Origin: a virus
Reading direction: 5' to 3' (one strand)
IMG/VR virus record: IMGVR_UViG_3300036770_006511
Coordinates: 13,090 to 77,089 of that record
Length of the DNA stretch: 64,000 nt
Below, one piece after another: positions 30,597-39,998 of this stretch. The position numbers were made by a program, and so were the translations under genes. Positions within the stretch are counted from its first letter, which is position 1. The number at the start of each line of letters is the position of its first letter. Below the pieces are notes generated by a model that did not search any database, was not told the DNA's origin, and saw nothing but the letters and a program-made list of their open reading frames with translations.

Positions 30597-31732
30597 TTTA
30601 TAATATTCCGATTTTCAAACTAAACTTTTCTTTGGGTTTTAAATTAAAATTCCTGAAAGGCGCTTGGGATATTCTATCTTCTGATAGACCCTTGGGAGAA
30701 TCAAAATATGTCAAAGAGTTCGAGACAAAATTTTCTCAATTAGTTGGTAGTGATTATGCGGTGGCTTGTAGTAACGGGACAACCGCAATCGAATTGGCTC
30801 TCAAGTCGATAAATGTAAAAGGAAAAAAGGTTGTTTGTCCAAGTAATACTTTTTTCGCAACCACCGTCGCAATTGAAAACGCGGGTGGAGAGGTGATATT
30901 GGCGGATTGTGAAAAAGAAACTTTTTCATTGTCATATACACACTTGAAAAAATTAATGTCCGAAAATGAAATCGGCGCGGTAGTAATTGTTCATATTGGG
31001 GGAATTATATCAAAAGACATTTCTAAGATTGTGTCTTTGTGCAAAAAAAACAATATACCCCTAATCGAAGATGCCGCACATGCACAGGGGTCACAAATCG
31101 AAAACTTCACAGCGGGGACCATCGGTGATATTGCATGTTTTTCATTTTTCCCAACCAAAGTTATGACAACAGGTGAAGGGGGTATGGTAACAACCAACAA
31201 TCCTGACATATATGAATCTGTCAAATCATTGAAAAACTTTGGAAGAGATAACAAAAATGCGGGAATTATTGTCAATCCTGAAGGAAATAACTTCAAGGTC
31301 CATGAGTTCACTGGGTTGATGGGGTCCCTTGAATGTGATAGAGTTTTAAGTAGGGTGGAAAAGAGAACTCAACTAGTCAAGCAATATCAGAAAAATTTAG
31401 AGGGAACTAAGTTCAAAGTGATTACACAAATTGAAGGTAGATGCTCATATTATAAATGTATTCTTTTATCACCCTATAACACAGATGAATTACGTCAGTG
31501 GTGTAAAGAAGATAACATAACTCTGACAGGTGAAGTATACCGAATACCCGTACACCACCAACCCCTTTACAAAGAAAAATTTGATTCTTTAGAATTGAAG
31601 AACACAAACTATATTGCAGATAAACACATCTGTCCTCCACTATATCCTGAGTTGACTTTCGATGAAGTAGATTACATATGTGATGTATTGAAAAATTTTG
31701 AATATGAAAAACAGAGTCGCAAAGTTAGTTGA
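30593..31732 (+). CDS. DegT/DnrJ/EryC1/StrS sugar aminotransferase
   Basis: SNGTTA, IEDAAHA, FSFFPTKVMTTGEGG. Confidence 0.93.
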   Translation: MIYNIPIFKLNFSLGFKLKFLKGAWDILSSDRPLGESKYVKEFETKFSQLVGSDYAVACSNGTTAIELALKSINVKGKKVVCPSNTFFATTVAIENAGGEVILADCEKETFSLSYTHLKKLMSENEIGAVVIVHIGGIISKDISKIVSLCKKNNIPLIEDAAHAQGSQIENFTAGTIGDIACFSFFPTKVMTTGEGGMVTTNNPDIYESVKSLKNFGRDNKNAGIIVNPEGNNFKVHEFTGLMGSLECDRVLSRVEKRTQLVKQYQKNLEGTKFKVITQIEGRCSYYKCILLSPYNTDELRQWCKEDNITLTGEVYRIPVHHQPLYKEKFDSLELKNTNYIADKHICPPLYPELTFDEVDYICDVLKNFEYEKQSRKVS

Positions 31733-32735
31733 AATACAAAAAATAGAAATTTTCGAAGAAGAAGTCCCAAAACTACAACCTGGACAGATTTTGGTGTCAA
31801 TGAAGTCCGTCGGTATATGCGGTTCTGATATGCACTACTTTAAAGAGGGGGGTCTTGGTTCTTTCAAAAACCCATTACCCATGTATATGGGTCATGAACC
31901 TGCAGGACAAGTTGTTGATGCTAATGGTTCACTAAAGTTTAAAGAAGGTGACAGAGTCGCGGTGGAGCCGGGAATGCCGTGTGTCACAAGTTATTGGTCT
32001 TTAAAGGGTAAACACAATTTATGTGACAAAGGAACATTTATGGGGGCAAACGCACAAGGGGCATTTGCGGATTATGTGATTGTAGATGAACTTCAGTTAG
32101 TAAAAATACCTGAATCAATGTCCTATGATTTGGCATCACTTATGGAACCTTTGGGTGTTTGTCTTCACACAGCAAACTTAATAGAACCCAAATTCACAGA
32201 AAGTGCAACAATTTTTGGTGCGGGTCCAATCGGATTGAGTATGTTTTCTATACTCAAAAAAATGGGTTTGAAACAAATTTACTTAATTGATAAATTAAAA
32301 TACCGTGTTGATTTTGCAAAAAGTTTTGGTGCAACAGATGCATTTCTCTTAAGTGATGATTATGTGAAAAAAATTAAAAGTGCAACAAATGGATTTGGGA
32401 CTCATTTGGCTATTGATACTGGAGGTACGACAGATTCAATAGATGGATGTATAAACATTTCAGCAGTTAACGGAAGGGTCGCACTTATTGGAATACCCGA
32501 GGCTGATTGGGTAAGTTACAATCCTCACAGAATGAGAACTAAAGAATTGACCATAAAAAATGTGAGAAGGTCTAATCAAACGTTAGACGATTGTGTTCTG
32601 AATTACACAGATGACACAACTTTCGAAAAAATTGTTACCCACCGTTTTGAGTTTGAAAACATTCAAAAAGCGTTTGAATTAGTTGCACAATACGGTGATA
32701 ATGTTTTAAAGGCAATTATAACAAATCATGGCTAA
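31704..32735 (+). CDS. Zn-dependent (MDR) polyol dehydrogenase
   Basis: GICGSDMH, GHEPAG, GDRVAVEP, GAGPIG; ATG at 31704. Confidence 0.9.
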   Translation: MKNRVAKLVEIQKIEIFEEEVPKLQPGQILVSMKSVGICGSDMHYFKEGGLGSFKNPLPMYMGHEPAGQVVDANGSLKFKEGDRVAVEPGMPCVTSYWSLKGKHNLCDKGTFMGANAQGAFADYVIVDELQLVKIPESMSYDLASLMEPLGVCLHTANLIEPKFTESATIFGAGPIGLSMFSILKKMGLKQIYLIDKLKYRVDFAKSFGATDAFLLSDDYVKKIKSATNGFGTHLAIDTGGTTDSIDGCINISAVNGRVALIGIPEADWVSYNPHRMRTKELTIKNVRRSNQTLDDCVLNYTDDTTFEKIVTHRFEFENIQKAFELVAQYGDNVLKAIITNHG

Positions 32736-33462
32736 AATACAGGTTGTCGATGGGTTTAAATATTCAACCCAAGAAAGAAACGAAGAAATTTTCAATACAA
32801 TAAGGTGGAACACCAAAGTATTCGATAAAATTTATATTCTATGTGAAAATCTACAATATTTTGAGCATTACTTCCCGTTGCAAAATGACGTAGTTCGTGT
32901 TGTGAATACAGAAAAAAATTCTTTAATTTCGATGCAATATATGTTTGACTTTATAAATCGAAATTCTTTACCTGAGGATATTAAATTTATTTCAAATGTA
33001 GATTCAATTTATACTGAAAACTTTGTCAATTTTGATGTGGAAGATGATTATGTTTATTCATTCACAAACCGCTCAATGAGAAACCCCAATGTAAATGATG
33101 GAAGAGACCACAACTCTTATGTCAGAGAAGAAAATGACGGACTGATTTTATTTAATCGGGACGGCATTTTGGATAAAAATTGGTTTATGAGAGATGAGGA
33201 AATTAGTACAAAATATTGGCATTCAGCTGTTTGTGGTTGGGCTTGGAAAAATATAAAACCATTATCTTTTGAAAAGGAATGTTTTCAGTGTTATCCTCAA
33301 GCGGAACAATGTATGATGCATTGTTTTAGAAATAGTGGATACAAACTAAAATCCGCAGCAATAAAATTCCCAACATATCACAATCACGGGTCAAATGAAA
33401 AAACCGAAAATAACAGACGTAGTGGTATGGGATTCGATGGAAATATAAATGAATTATTATGA
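32728..33462 (+). CDS. Hypothetical protein, possibly GT-like
   Basis: 244-aa coupled ORF; ISNVDSI. Confidence 0.45.
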   Translation: MAKIQVVDGFKYSTQERNEEIFNTIRWNTKVFDKIYILCENLQYFEHYFPLQNDVVRVVNTEKNSLISMQYMFDFINRNSLPEDIKFISNVDSIYTENFVNFDVEDDYVYSFTNRSMRNPNVNDGRDHNSYVREENDGLILFNRDGILDKNWFMRDEEISTKYWHSAVCGWAWKNIKPLSFEKECFQCYPQAEQCMMHCFRNSGYKLKSAAIKFPTYHNHGSNEKTENNRRSGMGFDGNINELL

Positions 33463-34394
33463 AAAAATTTATTATTACAACAACAATCAATTCACCAACA
33501 GAGGCGACAATCAAATTTTGTGAAATCGCCGATAAAAAAAATTTTACTTTTGTTATTATTGGGGACACTAAAACCCCCCACGATGAATACAGAAAATTGG
33601 AGGAAAATTACCAAAATGTAAAATATCTTTCCCCTGAACAACAAACAGAACTTTATCCCGAATTGTCCGAAATCATTGGGTGGAAAACTATCCAACGTAG
33701 AAATATTGGTTTTGTTTACTCATATGAAAATGGCGCGGATGTGGTTGCTACGGTAGATGACGACAACATTCCATATGATACTTGGGGTGATAATATTATG
33801 GTGGGAAACGAAATGATTGTCGACTTGTATGAAAACATTTCTTGTCCTTATTTCGACGCGATATCGACAACAGAACACAATGAATTATGGCACAGAGGAT
33901 TTCCAATTGAGTACCTCCAAGTAAAAAATCACATTGAGTATAAAGGTCAAACTAAAATTACCCCCCTTGTTCAAGCAGAGTTTTGGGATGGTGACCCCGA
34001 TATTGACGCAATTTGTCGACTCAGTAAAAAACCAATCGTGAAGTTCAACAAATTTAAACCTTTTACAACGAATCAACTAACACCTTTTAATTCACAGAAC
34101 ACTTTCTTACACAGAAGTGTACTGAAAAATTATTCAGTGTTTCCGTACACAGGTAGAATGGATGATATTTGGGGGGCATATGTCATGCAACACTATCATC
34201 CAAATTCAGTAATTTTTACTCAGGCGTCAGTTTATCAAGCAAGGAATCCACAAGACCTTGTAAAAAATCTTGAAAATGAAGTTATTGGTTACAGAAATAC
34301 CCTGAAACTTTTGGAAAACATAAATGATTATCAAAATATTTTACCCGAACAAACGGTGAAATACTTCGAAATATACAGAAAATACTTTAATTAA
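33459..34394 (+). CDS. STELLO/DUF288 (GT75/RGP-related) protein
   Basis: TTTIN.PT, GDTKTP, RRNIG, VDDDN, DPDIDAI, FNSQNT, RMDDIW. Confidence 0.78.
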   Translation: MKKFIITTTINSPTEATIKFCEIADKKNFTFVIIGDTKTPHDEYRKLEENYQNVKYLSPEQQTELYPELSEIIGWKTIQRRNIGFVYSYENGADVVATVDDDNIPYDTWGDNIMVGNEMIVDLYENISCPYFDAISTTEHNELWHRGFPIEYLQVKNHIEYKGQTKITPLVQAEFWDGDPDIDAICRLSKKPIVKFNKFKPFTTNQLTPFNSQNTFLHRSVLKNYSVFPYTGRMDDIWGAYVMQHYHPNSVIFTQASVYQARNPQDLVKNLENEVIGYRNTLKLLENINDYQNILPEQTVKYFEIYRKYFN

Positions 34395-34395
34395 A

Positions 34396-35022
34396 ATGAA
34401 ACTAGTTTTTGACATTGGAGCAAACAGAGGCAGAACTGCAGAAATCTTTCTAAACGACTTCGATAGAGTTATTAGTTTTGAACCGAATCCCGGTTTAGCG
34501 GATTTTCTAAAAAATAGATTCCCAAATCCAAAGTTAATTGTTGATAGAAGAGCAATATCTCATCACAGGGGGTCACAAGAATTCAAACTGGCTAATGTGG
34601 ATACAATCTCAACACTATCAATAGATTGGGTTGAAAATTCAAGATTTACAGGTGAATATCATTGGAATAATTCTATTATTGTTGATACAATAACACTATC
34701 AGATGCAATCAAGGAATATGGTGTACCTGATTATGTGAAAATTGATACGGAAGGGTATGAATACGAAATTCTTACTAACTTTCACGAAATACTTTTTGAA
34801 ACTTTATTTGCATTCGAATGGGCTGAAGAACAGAAAGGAAAAATAGAAAAAATTCTTAATCACTTGTATAATTTAGGTTATACAAACTTTGCCTATACCG
34901 AGGGTGACCCAGTCCTTTATGAAAATCAAATCTCATGGACAAATTTCAATGATTTTCATTTCATACCCATGTTGGATGAAAATCGAAAGAGCCTATGGGG
35001 GATGATTTACTTCAAAAAATAA
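34396..35022 (+). CDS. FkbM-family methyltransferase
   Basis: FDIGANRG, FEPNP, KIDTEGYE. Confidence 0.9.
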   Translation: MKLVFDIGANRGRTAEIFLNDFDRVISFEPNPGLADFLKNRFPNPKLIVDRRAISHHRGSQEFKLANVDTISTLSIDWVENSRFTGEYHWNNSIIVDTITLSDAIKEYGVPDYVKIDTEGYEYEILTNFHEILFETLFAFEWAEEQKGKIEKILNHLYNLGYTNFAYTEGDPVLYENQISWTNFNDFHFIPMLDENRKSLWGMIYFKK

Positions 35023-35052
35023 AAGATTAAAATATTAATAATAATTTATAAA

Positions 35053-36180
35053 ATGAAAAAAATTGTTGTTTTAGGTGGTGGTGGTTTCATTGGTGGACAC
35101 CTCGCACACAGATTAAAAAATGAAGGTCACTGGGTTAGAATCTGTGACATCAAAAGACATGAATATTGGAATCACGAAGATATCTGTCATGAATTTATTG
35201 TAGGTGATTTGAGAAACCCTGAGGTAGTATCAACCGTCATTGACGATACAATTGATGAAGTGTATCAACTTGCCGCCGATATGGGTGGAGCTGGTTACAT
35301 TTTTACCGGTGATAATGATGCGAATGTTATGCACAACTCGGCATTAATCAATTTGAATGTTGTACATGAATGTGTTAAGAAAAAAGTTGATAAAGTATTT
35401 TATTCTTCATCGGCATGTATGTATCCCGAACATAATCAACTCGACCCAAACAACCCCAATTGTGAAGAGTCCTCCGCTTATCCCGCAAATCCCGATTCTG
35501 AATATGGTTGGGAAAAACTTTTTTCTGAAAGATTATTCTTGGCCTTCAACAGAAACTATGGTTTGAACGTTAGAGTTGCAAGATTTCATAATATTTTTGG
35601 CCCTATGGGTACTTGGGTTGGAGGAAAGGAGAAGGCTCCCGCAGCAATGTGTAGAAAGGCTGCAGAAGTTGACAACGTGTCCAAGACACCAGGTCAAGAA
35701 AAAACCACACCTGAAATTGAAGTTTGGGGAGATGGTCAACAAACCCGTTCATTCCTTTATGTTGATGAGTGTGTTGAAGCGGTATTGAGGTTGATGGAAT
35801 CTGATTTCATGGGACCTGTTAACATAGGTTCGGAAGAAATGGTGACAATCAATGAATTGGCACAAATGGCAATTGATATTTCGCAAAAAGAAATCAAAAT
35901 TAAAAATTTGGGTGGTAAAGATTTTCTTGACAAATACGGTTTTAGTTGTCCTGTTGGAGTACGAGGAAGAAACTCGGACAACAAACTCTTTAAAGAAAGA
36001 GTAAACTGGGAGGTTTCTCAACCGCTTCGTATTGGTATGGAAAAAACTTACGAGTGGATTTCACAACAAGTAGAAAAGAAAAAATCTGAAATGGTCTACA
36101 TTTATGAAAGTCCTGATGGCGGCAAAACTGTGTATCGAAGAGAATTTGGTAAACCTCATTCTGAAAGGGAAATTGTGTGA
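35053..36180 (+). CDS. GDP-mannose 3',5'-epimerase-like SDR
   Basis: GGGGFIG, QLAADMGG, SSACMYP, YGWEK, EKAPAAMCRK, GVRGRNSDN. Confidence 0.85.
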   Translation: MKKIVVLGGGGFIGGHLAHRLKNEGHWVRICDIKRHEYWNHEDICHEFIVGDLRNPEVVSTVIDDTIDEVYQLAADMGGAGYIFTGDNDANVMHNSALINLNVVHECVKKKVDKVFYSSSACMYPEHNQLDPNNPNCEESSAYPANPDSEYGWEKLFSERLFLAFNRNYGLNVRVARFHNIFGPMGTWVGGKEKAPAAMCRKAAEVDNVSKTPGQEKTTPEIEVWGDGQQTRSFLYVDECVEAVLRLMESDFMGPVNIGSEEMVTINELAQMAIDISQKEIKIKNLGGKDFLDKYGFSCPVGVRGRNSDNKLFKERVNWEVSQPLRIGMEKTYEWISQQVEKKKSEMVYIYESPDGGKTVYRREFGKPHSEREIV

Positions 36181-36617
36181 TTAAACACTTCATTTCACAC
36201 AGAGGAAACATAGATGGGCGAGTTGTTAATTCCGAAAACTCTCCTGACTACATTTCTTTTGCCTTGGATAAAGGCTACGAGGTAGAAATTGATGTGTGGT
36301 TCGTCGATGATTCATATTATTTGGGTCACGACGAACCACTTTATTTAGTAAAAGAATCTTTTTTGGAAAATGAAAAATTTTGGTGTCACGCTAAAAACGA
36401 AGAATCTTTTTTTCGTATGTTACAAAACCCCAACATCCATTGTTTTTGGCATCAAAATGATGATTATACTTTAACCTCTAAGGGAATTCCTTGGGTATAT
36501 CCAGGAAAAAAAGTTTTTGAAAACTCTATATGGGTTTTACCTGAAAAAACCACTTACAAATATATTAAATTAAATTGTCTCGGGATTTGCTCGGATAACA
36601 TTTCTTTGTACAAATGA
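36177..36617 (+). CDS. GDPD-like small phosphodiesterase-fold protein
   Basis: SHRGN, EN.P, VEIDVW, LGHD, WCHAKN. Confidence 0.65.
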   Translation: MIKHFISHRGNIDGRVVNSENSPDYISFALDKGYEVEIDVWFVDDSYYLGHDEPLYLVKESFLENEKFWCHAKNEESFFRMLQNPNIHCFWHQNDDYTLTSKGIPWVYPGKKVFENSIWVLPEKTTYKYIKLNCLGICSDNISLYK

Positions 36618-37978
36618 TAAAACTTATTATTTTTGATTTAGATGGGGTGTTAATTGAAGCCAAACACCTACACTATGAAGCACTTAATGATGCATTAAAC
36701 TTACACTCAAAAGATTGTGTAATCTCTTGGAATGAACATCTTTCAAAGTATGATGGTTTGAAGACAAAACAAAAACTTGATATGTTGACTAAAGAAAAAG
36801 GTTTGGTTGAAAATCTTCATAGTTTAATTTGGGAAGAAAAACAAAGAATTACCAACGAAAAACTAAAAAATATCATTCCCAATTCCAATTTGTCTCAACT
36901 TCTAAAAAAACTGTCCGACGATGGTTTTAAAATTGCTTGTTGTAGTAACTCAATAAGAAAAACCGTACTAACAGTTTTATCTAAATTAGACATTATAGAG
37001 TATTTTGACCAGATATTATCTAACGAAGATGTAAAAAACAGCAAACCACATCCTGAGATTTATTGGAAAGTTATTTCAGATATGGGTGTTATTGCAGATG
37101 AAACTTTGATTATTGAGGATTCCCCTTATGGATTGTTGGCTGCGGCAAGAACTCATGCACCAATTCTAAGAGTAAAGTCCCCCAAAGAAGTTACGGTAGA
37201 AAATGTCTATGAGAAATTAAATCAACTTAATACAAAATTCAAAATGAAAAAACCAAAATGGATTGATGAGAAACTCAACATACTAATACCAATGGCCGGT
37301 GCTGGTTCTCGTTTCGAAAAGGCAGGTTACACCTTTCCCAAACCACTTATTGAAGTTGAAGGTGACCCTATGATTAAAGTTGTTACTGAAAATTTAAATA
37401 TCAAAGCAAATTACATTTACATAGTTCAAAAGTCACATAGAGAAAAATATAATTTAGATACTCTTTTGAATCTAATTTCCCCCAACTGTAAGATTGTTGA
37501 GGTGGATGGATTAACTGAGGGTGCGGCAAGTACTACACTTTTAGCCAAAGAATATATCAACAATGATTATCCTTTGGTTATGGCAAATTCTGACCAATTC
37601 ATCGAATGGGACTCAAATGAATTCATGTACAAAATGTCTGAAACTGATTGTGATGGGGGGATTGTGACCTTTATATCTACACACCCTAAATGGTCTTTTG
37701 CTAAGGTGAATGAAAATGGATTGGTGACTGAGGTTGCAGAAAAAAATCCCATCTCTGATATTGCCACTGTTGGAGTTTATTATTGGAAAAAAGGGTCGGA
37801 TTATGTTAAGTATGCAGAGCAAATGATTGAAAAAAATTTACGAGTTAATAATGAATTTTATGTTTGTCCTGTTTTTAATGAGGCAATTTCAGATGGTAAA
37901 GAAATCAGAACATTTGAAATATCCAAAATGTGGGGATTAGGAACTCCCGAGGACTTATCGACATATTTAAATCGCTAA
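36614..37978 (+). CDS. HAD phosphatase fused to a nucleotidyltransferase-like (GT-A) domain
   Basis: FDLDGVL, KPHPE, IEDS; then LIPMAGAGSRF..PKPLI, EK.PIS, GLGTPEDL. Confidence 0.88.
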   Translation: MIKLIIFDLDGVLIEAKHLHYEALNDALNLHSKDCVISWNEHLSKYDGLKTKQKLDMLTKEKGLVENLHSLIWEEKQRITNEKLKNIIPNSNLSQLLKKLSDDGFKIACCSNSIRKTVLTVLSKLDIIEYFDQILSNEDVKNSKPHPEIYWKVISDMGVIADETLIIEDSPYGLLAAARTHAPILRVKSPKEVTVENVYEKLNQLNTKFKMKKPKWIDEKLNILIPMAGAGSRFEKAGYTFPKPLIEVEGDPMIKVVTENLNIKANYIYIVQKSHREKYNLDTLLNLISPNCKIVEVDGLTEGAASTTLLAKEYINNDYPLVMANSDQFIEWDSNEFMYKMSETDCDGGIVTFISTHPKWSFAKVNENGLVTEVAEKNPISDIATVGVYYWKKGSDYVKYAEQMIEKNLRVNNEFYVCPVFNEAISDGKEIRTFEISKMWGLGTPEDLSTYLNR

Positions 37979-38024
37979 ATGTTTTTTTTCCTCAAAATAC
38001 AACTATTTTGAAGAAAAAAACTAT

Positions 38025-38411
38025 ATGATAAGAATCCCTGTAAGTGTTGGAGAATTGTTGGACAAACTTTCCATTTTACACATCAAAAAAATCAAAATTC
38101 AAAACTCTGAAAAACTTCAGAAGATAGAAAAAGAGTTTAATTTATTAAACGAAATATCCACCCAATATTTGGGTGTAAAAGATTTTTTCAATCTCTATGA
38201 TGATTTGATTAGAGTGAATTCTAAGTTGTGGGATGTTGAGGATAAATTACGAGTACACGAAAAAAACAAATCTTTTAATGAAGAGTTTATATCACTTGCC
38301 CGAGAGGTGTATCATACTAACGATGAAAGATTTGAAATCAAAAATAAAATTAATCTTTTGACTAACTCTGAAATTCAAGAACAGAAAAGTTATGAAGATT
38401 ACAAAAATTAA
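38025..38411 (+). CDS. DUF6165-like protein
   Basis: PVSVGELLDKLSIL.IK, LWDVED, NDERF.IK..IN, EQKSY. Confidence 0.75.
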   Translation: MIRIPVSVGELLDKLSILHIKKIKIQNSEKLQKIEKEFNLLNEISTQYLGVKDFFNLYDDLIRVNSKLWDVEDKLRVHEKNKSFNEEFISLAREVYHTNDERFEIKNKINLLTNSEIQEQKSYEDYKN

Positions 38412-38414
38412 TAT

Positions 38415-39140
38415 ATGAGAAAAAAACCATCTCCAACACCATCTTATATGGTACAAGAAAATCCTAAAACAAAAAAAGAGATTATTCAGTCAATTTTAAA
38501 GAAAAAGACCAAGGAAAAATTCTTATCTGAAAGTCAAAAAGAATATTACAAAAAATTGACTGACGCACAAATTACAATTTGTGCTGGTCCGGCAGGTGTT
38601 GGTAAAAGTTATATCGCGATGAAGGCGGCTATCGATTTGTTGGTTGACCCGTCAACCCCTTACGAAAAAATTATAATTGTTCGTCCTGCGGTTGAAGCGG
38701 AGGAAAAGTTGGGTTCATTACCAGGTAATGTTGAAGAAAAATTAGACCCATACATTTTTCCCATGTATTACCTATTGAACAAGATTATAGGAAAAGATGC
38801 TCGTGAAAAATTAAAGGAACTTGAGGTTATTGAAGTTTTTGCATTGGCATACATGAGAGGAATGAACATTGATAATTCCATTTTGATTTTTGAAGAGGCA
38901 CAAAACTCAACTCCAAATCAAATGAAACTATTACTTACCCGAATCGGGTTTAATTCGAAGTTTTTTATCTCAGGTGACTTAGAACAAACTGACAGATACA
39001 AAGACAAAACTCACTCAGGTTTATGGGATGCACTCAAGAGATTTCACTCTGTAGACACGATTCTTTGTCATGAATTTACTCAAAAAGATGTGGTTCGAAA
39101 TCCACTTATAACTAAAATATTGGAAAAATACGAAGAATGA
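38415..39140 (+). CDS. phoH: PhoH-family ATPase
   Basis: GPAGVGKS, RPAVE, LGSLPG, AYMRG, EEAQN, GDLEQTD, DVVRNP. Confidence 0.95.
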   Translation: MRKKPSPTPSYMVQENPKTKKEIIQSILKKKTKEKFLSESQKEYYKKLTDAQITICAGPAGVGKSYIAMKAAIDLLVDPSTPYEKIIIVRPAVEAEEKLGSLPGNVEEKLDPYIFPMYYLLNKIIGKDAREKLKELEVIEVFALAYMRGMNIDNSILIFEEAQNSTPNQMKLLLTRIGFNSKFFISGDLEQTDRYKDKTHSGLWDALKRFHSVDTILCHEFTQKDVVRNPLITKILEKYEE

Positions 39141-39736
39141 AAATCGCAATTGAAGTAAATGGAGTCCTTCGAGACACTGTAAAAAAAATTGAACAGGTCT
39201 ATGAGAAATTCTATGTTGAAAATATCTTGAATGAAAAGAGAGATTTCGAATATGGAGTAATTTCTCCAATTACTTCTTTGAAGATTCAAGACCACTTGAA
39301 ATTCAAAGATGAGGATGAGGTTTATGATTTTCTCTACACAGAACATTGTATGGAAATATTTGGACACGCACCCTCGGTGGAATACAGTAGTTTTATAGAC
39401 TTGAATGATTTTTATGTTGACATGAGAGATAATCACGAGATAATCATTATTTCTGATGAAATTGGTAAATCAAAACCTGCAACATTATTTTTCCTTTCAA
39501 AATTTGGTTGTCAAGTTGAAAAAATTATTTTCTATAACCAATTTACCTTGGAAAATGTTTGGGAAGAATTTGACCTTTTACTTACGGCAAATCCTGACTT
39601 ATTATTAAATCATCCTACAGATAAAAAAATTATTAAGTATAATACAAATTATAATACGGAAATAGTTAATTTACCAAATATTGATAACATCAAACAACTC
39701 AAAAATTTAATAGAAAATGATACCAATTTGGAATGA
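39137..39736 (+). CDS. HAD-fold 5'(3')-nucleotidase-like protein with degenerate motif I
   Basis: KIAIEVNGVLRD in place of the usual IAIDxDGVL.D. Confidence 0.55.
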   Translation: MKIAIEVNGVLRDTVKKIEQVYEKFYVENILNEKRDFEYGVISPITSLKIQDHLKFKDEDEVYDFLYTEHCMEIFGHAPSVEYSSFIDLNDFYVDMRDNHEIIIISDEIGKSKPATLFFLSKFGCQVEKIIFYNQFTLENVWEEFDLLLTANPDLLLNHPTDKKIIKYNTNYNTEIVNLPNIDNIKQLKNLIENDTNLE

Positions 39737-39995
39737 AAATTACTTCATCGACATGGACAAAATTGAGGATTATATCGATTTGTCAGCAATAATTAATGAT
39801 GAACTTAGTGGAAGCACTAACGAACACAAAATCAACGTTGTCAAGTATGAGATGGTTAAGTTAATGCTTGAGGTCATAATGAGTGAACAGAATGAAGTCG
39901 ATGAAAAACTTGGATTACAGAATTCAAATTTGTCACTTTCTTTCAGATTGGCATTTAACACACTGTTGAATAAAAAAATAATAACACATTACTAA
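39717..39995 (+). CDS. Hypothetical phage protein
   Basis: 92-aa ORF in operon. Confidence 0.55.
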   Translation: MIPIWNENYFIDMDKIEDYIDLSAIINDELSGSTNEHKINVVKYEMVKLMLEVIMSEQNEVDEKLGLQNSNLSLSFRLAFNTLLNKKIITHY

Positions 39996-39998
39996 AAA

